64,000 bases of DNA from Rebecca billardiae RCC1528 (taxonomy: Eukaryota; Protista; Haptophyta): positions 806,001-870,000 of the forward strand of contig OZ251233.1 in NCBI GenBank assembly GCA_965240325.2, given 5' to 3'. The notes under the pieces were generated by a model. That model did no database searches. It worked only from the letters and a program-made list of their open reading frames with translations, and was not told where the DNA came from. The position numbers and the translations under genes are program-made. Position 1 is the first letter of the stretch. Every line of letters begins with the position of its first letter. Below, in pieces: positions 56,608-64,000 of the stretch.

Positions 56608-57789
56608 ATGCCCGTCCCACGCGCCCACCCCGTCCGCCTCGCCAACCTCTTCGACTGGGCACGCGGCGACGCCATCGTGCGCGCGCGCGGGCGCGTGCTC
56701 ACGCACGAGGAGCTCGTCACCCGCTTCACGCACCAGCGCGAGCGCACACGCCGGCTCGCGGCGATGTCCAGCCTGCACGAGAGGTCGGTCATGGCGATCG
56801 TGGACGTGGGCACGCGTCTGGCGCGCACCGTCGACGAGCTCGAGGCCGTCTCCCTGCAGAAGCGCAAGGACGAGCGCGAGCACGTGCGGCTGATGACGCT
56901 GATCAAGCACAAGCACGTGCCCGACACCGCGTCGATCGCGACGGCGTTCAAGCGGCTGTGCCAGGACGCGAGCGAGCGCGAGTCGCAGGAGATCGACACC
57001 TCGCTCGACGAGTACTTCCGCTCGAACATCGGCATCAACACGCTGCTCGACCACTCGCTCGCCATCCACGAGCACCGCGAGGGCGGGCCCAAGTGCGGCG
57101 TCGTGAGCGACGAGGTGGACGTGCGCTCGCTCGTGCTCGACGTGTGCGAGCTGGGGCGCGAGCTGTGCGAGCGGAACTTCCCGCAGCTGCCCGACGCGCC
57201 CGACCACGACGTGAGCGTGCACTGCAAGCGCGAGAGCCTCGAGGTCACCGGCCAGAAGGACGCGGACCACCCGCGCTACCCGACCGTCGTGGGCGTGCCG
57301 CACCTGATCCACGCGGCCATGCTCGAGGTGGTCAAGAACGCGATGCGCGCGACCGCCGAGTTCTCGATCGCGCACAAGGTGGAGATGGCGCCGCTGCGCG
57401 TGGCGATCGCTGAGTCGGACGACGAGGTGAGCGTGCTCTTCGAGGACCGAGGCGGCGGCATCCCGCGGCACAAGGCCGAGCGCCTGCTGTTCGGCTACTG
57501 CCGCTCGTCGGTCGAATCTCAGCTCGACGAGATTGAGGACTCGTACGGCCGGCCGGGCCACGGCTCCTCGTTCAACCCGTCGGACAGCCCGATCGCCGGG
57601 TTCGGCGTCGGCTTCCCGTACGCGCGCGCGCAGATCCGGTACTTTGGCGGCGACCTCAAGGTGCTCTCGGTCCCCGGGCTCGGCACCTCCGTGTGCTTCC
57701 ACCTGCCGCGGGATCCGGACCAGGCGGTCGAGGAGATCCCGACCGAGGCGCCGTGGCGCGACGACCTCGCGCAGGGAAGAGGCCGTTGA
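56608..57789 (+). CDS. Pyruvate/branched-chain ketoacid dehydrogenase kinase family protein (PDK/BCKDK)
   Basis: LDEYFRSNIGINTLLDH; N-box EVVKNAMRAT; G1 EDRGGGIP; G2 IAGFGVGFPYARAQIRYFGGDLKVLSVPGLGT. Confidence 0.92.
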   Translation: MPVPRAHPVRLANLFDWARGDAIVRARGRVLTHEELVTRFTHQRERTRRLAAMSSLHERSVMAIVDVGTRLARTVDELEAVSLQKRKDEREHVRLMTLIKHKHVPDTASIATAFKRLCQDASERESQEIDTSLDEYFRSNIGINTLLDHSLAIHEHREGGPKCGVVSDEVDVRSLVLDVCELGRELCERNFPQLPDAPDHDVSVHCKRESLEVTGQKDADHPRYPTVVGVPHLIHAAMLEVVKNAMRATAEFSIAHKVEMAPLRVAIAESDDEVSVLFEDRGGGIPRHKAERLLFGYCRSSVESQLDEIEDSYGRPGHGSSFNPSDSPIAGFGVGFPYARAQIRYFGGDLKVLSVPGLGTSVCFHLPRDPDQAVEEIPTEAPWRDDLAQGRGR

Positions 57790-58406
57790 GCGCGGCGGGG
57801 GTGCTCCGCTCGGCGCTCCTCCGCGGCGAGCTCGTGGGGCGGGTGGGCGTCGTCGGCCACGCGCACGTGCGCGCCGCATGGTTGGGCCGGGGCGTCTGCC
57901 GCCGCGCACATTTGGCGTGCCGGACGGTGCCAGTGGCAGCTCGTGCATCATCAGCCTGTAGTGCAATGGCGACCGTGTCACTCGCTGTGCACCAGCGTAG
58001 TGCGTGCAGCGCAGGCCCGCGCAGATATCCGACCGGCGCGCGCGGGGGGCACGCTATACTTCTAAGTTCTAACTGATACTGATCTGACGCGACTGCTGCG
58101 GCCTACTAGTACTAGTAACAGTGTACACTACCGTAGATCGATGCTCATCACTACGAAGCCTGCTGAGACTGTCGTCACTACTCCTACTACTGAGAAGCTG
58201 ACGATGAAGTTGATCACGTCCACGACTACGAGGACGGAGGAATGAGCGTGGTGGCTGGTGCCGTACTCCGCCGACGTACTGTACTCCGTAGCCGCCTGAC
58301 GTCATCCGCGCTCATCACGATGATCATCCACACGTCTGCCTCCTCGAAGCGCGCCGTGCGGGGCGCGGGGCGCCATGTAGAGCACGTACGCGCATCGCCC
58401 GGCTCC

Positions 58407-59219
58407 TCACGCCGCGGGCTGCGCTGCGGCTTGGGCCTGCCCCGGCTCTGACAGCGTCGGCTGGTGCCGGAGCGCGCCCGCCTCCTGCAGCTGCACCTGC
58501 TTGGCCATGTTGAGGATGATCTTGGCGAGCCGGTGGTGCCTGTTGTACCGCGTCTGGTAGAAGATCACCAGGGCCCAGCGCTCCCCGGACTGGATCGGGT
58601 TGCCCTGGTGCCACACGTAGTTGTCCAGCGCGCAGATGTCGCCGGGCCGCATCGGGTATTCGTGAGCCACCTCCGGCGCTCCCTCCCACACCGTCACGCC
58701 GCCGCCGCTGAACGCAATGTCGATGGGCGAGCCCGAGCCGTCCGCCCCGGAGAGCGCCAGGATGATGGAGCCGTCGACGTGGGCGCCGTCGATGTGCCGG
58801 AGCAGCCCGGCCTCCTGGTCGACGGGCCGGTAGCGCGTGACGAAACTCTGCAAGCGCACGAGCTGCTGAATCGAGCGCGCGCCGTGCGTTTCGCGGTACC
58901 AGCTGCTGAACACCTCGTCGCAGCGGGTGAGCAGCGGCTCGCACGCGTGGAGGAGCTCGCGCGAGGGGACGACGGCCTTCTGCATGGCCCCGCCGTCCTC
59001 CGCGACCTCGCAGTAGCAGCTCGCCTTCCACTCCACAGACGCGCCGTGCTTGCCGTCCTTCTCGGCAATGTTGGGGTTTGTATTGCCGTACCGGACTGAG
59101 TGCGGGACGAACGCCGCCTGGATGGCGGGAAAGAGGCGTGCGATCTCCGCGGGGTCGATCGCGCCTTCGTACACGCGGTGGCGCAGTGACGCGCCCCCCT
59201 CCGCCGCCTCGCTGGGCAT
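58407..59219 (-). CDS. 2-oxoglutarate/Fe(II)-dependent dioxygenase (prolyl-hydroxylase-like)
   Basis: FVTRYRP...LRHIDG (HxD), FSGGG, WHQGNPIQSGERWALVIF (distal His and 2OG-binding Arg). Start codon uncertain. Confidence 0.88.
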   Translation of the reverse strand: MPSEAAEGGASLRHRVYEGAIDPAEIARLFPAIQAAFVPHSVRYGNTNPNIAEKDGKHGASVEWKASCYCEVAEDGGAMQKAVVPSRELLHACEPLLTRCDEVFSSWYRETHGARSIQQLVRLQSFVTRYRPVDQEAGLLRHIDGAHVDGSIILALSGADGSGSPIDIAFSGGGVTVWEGAPEVAHEYPMRPGDICALDNYVWHQGNPIQSGERWALVIFYQTRYNRHHRLAKIILNMAKQVQLQEAGALRHQPTLSEPGQAQAAAQPAA

Positions 59220-59513
59220 CGGCGGCTTCGGCGCGAGCCAAGGGAAACGACGCGCCTCTGCCTCGGCTTCCAGATGCGCTGCCGCCACGGTTGGCCGCTC
59301 GGCCACGGCTCGGTGCGAAAATGCTGCCGGGGGCCGGGGCTCGGATTTCGTCGGTCAACTCCACCTCTTGTTCTTTTTTTTCGCCGCCATTATTTTCTTC
59401 ACGCGGGCCTTTCTTCCGCTCGCGCACCGTGCTCCAGTGCGTCCCGGAGACCGCGAGCTGCCGCTGTGTCACTGCGAGGGCGGGGTGGCGTCGGCCGCCC
59501 GCGGAGGTTCGAG

Positions 59514-60287
59514 ATGAACCCCTTCGCGCAGCGTGGGTTCGACGCGCTCCGCGCAGATACGCCGTGGTCGCGGCGACCGCGCACGCTCATCGGGGGCCTC
59601 ATCGCCACGCTCGTCGTCTTCCTGTACGTGTGCAAGCTCGCGCACGACCAGGACGAGAGCGTCGTGTGGATCTGGATGGGCATCCGCTCCGATGGCAGGT
59701 GTGGCAAGGACTTTGGCACCGAGTACCTGCAGGAGACGAAGTGCGGCTCGAGCATGCCCTGCTGCAGCACGCACGGCTGGTGTGGCATCACCGAAGAGTA
59801 CTGCTCGCCCACCCTGGGCTGCCAGAGCGGCTGCTGGGACGAGGACCATCCGAGAGAAGTGGAGCTGCGCTCCGGCTCGGCGTACCCGTCCTACCCGGAT
59901 GACTGGGACGCGTACAACGACACGCACGGCGAGTGGCACGACAACGAGGACTACGACGATTACCACGGGTACCACGACGGCTGGGACGACGCCGAGCACG
60001 ACGGCTACGGGCACTACGTCGATCCGGCGGGCGGCGGCGCTGTCCGCCCGGGCGAGGCCCATGATTACGGCCATCGACACGGCCGGGGGTTCGGCCGGCA
60101 TTACGACGCCGACGACGACTACAGCGGGTTTGCTGGGCACGACGAGAACGACGACTTCGGCGAGGAGTTCCATCCCGACGAGCCCGAGGACATCGACGAC
60201 GACAGCGAGCGCGCAGTGGAAGGGGTGGACCCGCACGCGTGGACGGCGGACGAGCTGCTGTACCACGGGCCGGAGGCTCCCGAGTGA
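59514..60287 (+). CDS. Membrane-anchored hevein/CBM18 chitin-binding-domain protein with an Asp/His/Tyr-rich tail
   Basis: TM helix LIGGLIATLVVFLYVC; DGRCG...C...CCSTHGWCGITEEYC...CQSGC; acidic tail DDWDAYNDTHGEWHDNEDYDDYHGYHDGWDD. Confidence 0.85.
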   Translation: MNPFAQRGFDALRADTPWSRRPRTLIGGLIATLVVFLYVCKLAHDQDESVVWIWMGIRSDGRCGKDFGTEYLQETKCGSSMPCCSTHGWCGITEEYCSPTLGCQSGCWDEDHPREVELRSGSAYPSYPDDWDAYNDTHGEWHDNEDYDDYHGYHDGWDDAEHDGYGHYVDPAGGGAVRPGEAHDYGHRHGRGFGRHYDADDDYSGFAGHDENDDFGEEFHPDEPEDIDDDSERAVEGVDPHAWTADELLYHGPEAPE

Positions 60288-61396
60288 CGCGATGGCGGGG
60301 GTGACGGCACCTGGCGTGCGCGCCTTGGAGCTCGCATGAGCGCAGTCCTGCTCGCACCGCGCGCCCTGGGTCTGGCGCCATGTCGTCTACTTGTCAACAC
60401 TGTCGCGTCGGCGAGACCGCCGTCTGGCCAGTCTGGACTTGGAAGTTGGAGCCCGCCTGCTGGGCCATGGCCATGGGCCGCGCAGGCTGCATGGCCATGC
60501 TATGCCACTATGGTCCACATCTCCCGACGGTACTGGCGGTTGTTACATATTCGTAATGTGACGCCATTACGGTGGTCGTCATCTAACTTAAAGCAGTCGT
60601 ACGTCGGCCCGATGGCGATGGCGATGGCAGTCATGGCAGTGACATGAACACGACCGAGTGATTCAGTCACATTCAGTGATCGGACCGCGATCCGGTACCG
60701 GCAGTCAGTTACTGCTGCCACTACTACTGCCACTGGTGCACACGCGTGAGTTATTAACTGCTGCTAGCGTTACACGATGAGGCCCGCGATCGACCGCTCA
60801 CATCCCGCCGCGGAATAAATAACTGCTTAGTGCGTGGCCTTGACTCTTGAGGCCGAGTGCCCGTGACCGCGGGCGGTGCCCCGGAACTCTTCAGGCGTGT
60901 GCTGCCTGTGCGGCCTGTCGCTCGGTGGCGCGGTGGCGCCTGCATGCAGCATATGGCGCCCTCATCGCCTGATCGGTGGCGGCCGGCCAATATATGCACG
61001 AGTCTGTCGCCTGTCCGCTGTCGGGGATTAGCGGGATCAAGATTTAAGACTGCTGGCGGCGGCGGATTAACTCGTCTTCCGGTGCCTCGTCAGATAGTCA
61101 TCACGGCGCGGGCACGTAGCTAACTATATAGTGAAAAATTACTGAGTCGCTGAGAGAGTGAGTGGCCGACTAGCAGTGCCGACTAGCAGTAAGAGTAAGC
61201 AGTACTATAAGCGTAGCCATATCGCGGGCGGTATAGCTCGGCGGCGACCTGACGCATCTCAGAAACGCGGTAGCTAGTGACATGCATCAGAGCTATACGC
61301 CAATCAATACGGTCTACGAGGACGATGACAGTTGACGTGACGTGACTGAGTCTGATGAACTCATAAACGTCAGCACGCGCGCGAGGTCGTCCCAGG

Positions 61397-64000
61397 CTAC
61401 GGCGGCGGCACGGCGCCAGTGCGGATGGGCAGCTCGGTCGTGCGCCGCCTGACAAGCGAGCTGCGCGCCACGTGGAGAGGCGGGAGCGGCGCGTCCGGCT
61501 CGACCGGCTGCGACCCGACGAGCGAGTGCCACGACGGGCTCGGCGGGCGCCGAGCCGCGCCGTCGTCGGTGGGCGAGTGGAAGGCGTCGAGGGGCGGAGT
61601 CCACGGGCGGTGCTCGGCCGCGCCCGGGCTCCGCGCGCGCTCGTGCGCGTGGCTCGCGGCGCGCGCCATCTCGCCGGTGGCCCCAAGCGTGGAGGCGCGC
61701 GTGAGCGCGCGGTGCGGGGGGCCGCGCGCGAAGCCGCCGTCCGGCGGCTGCGCAGCCGTGCGTCCGCGCAGGGCAAAGTCAGCCGGCAGCTCAACCAGCT
61801 CCGGATTGGCCTGCTGGTGGAGCGAAGCGAGGCCTGCGGAGCGCATCCGCGCCGCCGGCGTGCGCGTGCGCGCTGGCGGCGAGAGCGGCGGCGCGACGCG
61901 CGCGCCACGATGCGCGGATGCGGCTGGCGGCGGCGAGAGCGGCGGCGCGGCGCGCGCGCAACGGTGCGCGGATGCGGCTGGCGGCGGCGAGCGCGGCGGC
62001 GAGGCGCGCGCGCTGAAGCTGGCGGCGCCCTGCAGCTGCCGATCGTCCGCAGCCGCGCCGCTTGTCCGTGGCCGCTGAGGCGCGGCCTGGGGTGTCCCTG
62101 GGGCGTGCGCATCGGCCGAGGGCTGGCGGGGGAGCGGCGGCTCCCGCGAGGCGTGCGGGTGCGCCGCCGCCGCATCGCGCGTGTCGCCGCCAGCGGCGGC
62201 GTGCGCGGGCTCGTACGCGTCGGCGACGTGCGCCCACACGGCCGACCCCGCGGGAGCAGAGCGGCGCGCGACGCGCGCCGAGGAGCCAGCCGCGTGCGTC
62301 ACGCGCGCAGACTCGTCGCGGTCGAGCGAGGGGGAGGAGGCCCTGTGCCACTTCGCGGCCGCGCGCCGTGCGGCGGCGTCGATGGCCGCGTCCGCGTCCT
62401 CGTCGGCGAGCGCGCCACCGCCCGTGCCGGCAGCGAACGCCACCGAGACGGTGCTCGGCCGCGGCGGAGGGGCGTCCGCGCACGAGCTCGGCGCGTCCGC
62501 GCCCGCCGTCAGCGAGCGGAGCCGGTCGGCCGCGCCGCCCGCGAAGCGGTTGACGCAGCCGGCGGTGCCGGGCGGCGAGAGGCCCGGACGCCTGGCCGCG
62601 CCGCCGAAGCCAGGCGACGGCGACGGCTCGCGCGGTGGCGCGGCGCCGCCGCCGCCGCGGCCGAAGCTGCTGCCGCCGACGTCGGCGCCATGGTCGCTCA
62701 GGCGGGCGGGCCGCGGAGGCAGCGCGCGAGCGGCGCGCATGCTGCCTCCACCGTGGTCGCTCAGACGGCCCGGCCGAGCCGCGATCGGCGAGACCGACAC
62801 GCACGCCGCGGGCGAGGGCGGGCGCGCCGCGCGCCCCGCCGCGCCGCCGCCCGCGCTCGATGCGACCGAGAAGGACGCCGCGTGCTCGTGCGCGTGCGCG
62901 GGCGGGCGCGTGCCCGGGCGCCTTGGAGGCGTGCGCTGCCGCGCCGCGCCCGCCGATGCGTGCGCGGCAGGGCCGCTCGCGCGCTGCGGGCCGAAGCTCG
63001 CCGAGCGAGCGTCCTCGCCGCCCGCGTGCCGCCCGCCGCCGGGCGGCATCGTCACGCGCCGGGGCCTCAACGAGCTGCCCTGCGAGCCCCGCGCCTGGCT
63101 GCTGCGCCTCGCCTCTCGGCGGCGCGGGCGGAGCGAGCGCGCCGCGCGCGCCGACAGCGCGCCCGCGTCCGCGCCCAGCTGGAGCAGCACGACGTGGAGC
63201 TCGGCGCCGTGCTCGCCCTCGGCCGCGGCAGCGCTGCCTCCCGGCGAGGCGCCCGGCCCCTCCGGCGCCGCCGCCGCGCGCGCCTCGTGCGCCACGTGCG
63301 CCTCGTGCACAATCGCCTCGAGCAGCGCGTCGGCGCCCGAGGCGATCACGTCGCTCGTCTCGTCCGCGCCGCGCTCGAGCGCGGCCGAGAGGGCCGCCGT
63401 GAGAAGCTCGACCTGTGCGTTGGCGTCCGCGGCTCCGCCGCCACCGCCGCCACCGCCGGCGCCGCCGGCGCCCGGCGGCGCGCGCGGCTCCGCGGCGGGC
63501 GCGTGCGCCGGCTCGTCCGCGCCGCCCCCCGCGTCGTGCCGCCGCAGGTAGCCGCGCACGCCGGCGATCAACTTTGCGAGGTCAGACTCCGCCTCCGCTG
63601 CCCACTCACGAACCTCGCGCTCGTGCGCGTGCGCATCGTCGCGCGCGCCGCTCTTGGGCGCATCGGGCGGGCGGAGCCACAGCAGCGGCATCTCGTCGTC
63701 AGAGGAAGACGACGCGCCCGTGCTCGCGTCGTCCGCGGCCGGGGCCTCGGCGGCCGGCGCGCCCGGCGCGCCGATGCCGAGTCTATCGAGGGCCGCGCGG
63801 ATATCCGATGCGATCGAACTGCTGCGAGAACGCGCCGTCGCCGCGCCGCGCGGCGAGACGAGGCCGGTGCCTCGCGGCGACGCGGGGCCGAGGGCGCGCG
63901 GCGACGGGAGCGGCGAGGGCGTGCGCAGGCCCGAGCCGACGCCCGCCAACGGCAGTTGCAGCGACGTGACGCGGCCGTCGCCGAGCGCGCCCTCGCCCTC
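61397..64000 (-). CDS. Paralog of the 21462-25385 protein (3' part; start lies beyond the window)
   Basis: Shared blocks in the same order: DIRAAL, REVREWAAEAESDLAKLI..VRGYLR, LTAALSAA.E.GA, G.D.LLE...HEAH, LQL.A.AGALSARAAR. Internal 54-bp repeats (SPPPAASAHR) at ~61875-62000. Confidence 0.82.
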   Translation of the reverse strand, partial: EGEGALGDGRVTSLQLPLAGVGSGLRTPSPLPSPRALGPASPRGTGLVSPRGAATARSRSSSIASDIRAALDRLGIGAPGAPAAEAPAADDASTGASSSSDDEMPLLWLRPPDAPKSGARDDAHAHEREVREWAAEAESDLAKLIAGVRGYLRRHDAGGGADEPAHAPAAEPRAPPGAGGAGGGGGGGGAADANAQVELLTAALSAALERGADETSDVIASGADALLEAIVHEAHVAHEARAAAAPEGPGASPGGSAAAAEGEHGAELHVVLLQLGADAGALSARAARSLRPRRREARRSSQARGSQGSSLRPRRVTMPPGGGRHAGGEDARSASFGPQRASGPAAHASAGAARQRTPPRRPGTRPPAHAHEHAASFSVASSAGGGAAGRAARPPSPAACVSVSPIAARPGRLSDHGGGSMRAARALPPRPARLSDHGADVGGSSFGRGGGGAAPPREPSPSPGFGGAARRPGLSPPGTAGCVNRFAGGAADRLRSLTAGADAPSSCADAPPPRPSTVSVAFAAGTGGGALADEDADAAIDAAARRAAAKWHRASSPSLDRDESARVTHAAGSSARVARRSAPAGSAVWAHVADAYEPAHAAAGGDTRDAAAAHPHASREPPLPRQPSADAHAPGTPQAAPQRPRTSGAAADDRQLQGAASFSARASPPRSPPPAASAHRCARAAPPLSPPPAASAHRGARVAPPLSPPARTRTPAARMRSAGLASLHQQANPELVELPADFALRGRTAAQPPDGGFARGPPHRALTRASTLGATGEMARAASHAHERARSPGAAEHRPWTPPLDAFHSPTDDGAARRPPSPSWHSLVGSQPVEPDAPLPPLHVARSSLVRRRTTELPIRTGAVPPP

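Noticed and set aside
56350-57981. 544-aa N-terminal extension of the 4052-aa ORF
   Set aside because: It is the antisense of the PDK-like gene. The VPS13 chorein domain starts at Met 56349.
59355-59390. Upstream in-frame ATG (MAAKKKNKRWS-TGA) as selenocysteine read-through into the 2OG oxygenase
   Set aside because: No redox-motif context and no SECIS identified. More likely a uORF or chance.

Overview
GC-rich eukaryotic nuclear DNA with short GC-rich spliceosomal introns (GTGCG...CTGAC...GCGCAG). The style suggests a haptophyte such as a Pavlovales alga, but this is an inference. Host genes: V-ATPase subunit a (partial), LC8 dynein light chain, a SAM methyltransferase, two convergent cyclin-Y-like genes (one with an N-terminal receiver-like domain), three members of an uncharacterised 'FELADxWT' EF-hand-like family, a SAM-domain protein, a DnaJ-type Zn-finger protein, an intronless VPS13, a PDK/BCKDK-type kinase, a 2OG-Fe(II) oxygenase and a hevein/CBM18 protein. 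Mobile DNA is abundant. It includes an intact ~9.4 kb Helitron2/Helentron-like element whose Rep-helicase carries an N-terminal Ulp1-like protease, plus a deleted copy of that element. There is also a 1.5 kb almost fully palindromic TTAA (Kolobok-like) element, Academ-like and hAT-like non-autonomous elements, and an unclassified TIR-less GT...AC element family that inserts in TA repeats, forms a seamless tandem and swaps an internal cassette. All family assignments are from motif recognition by eye; no searches were run.
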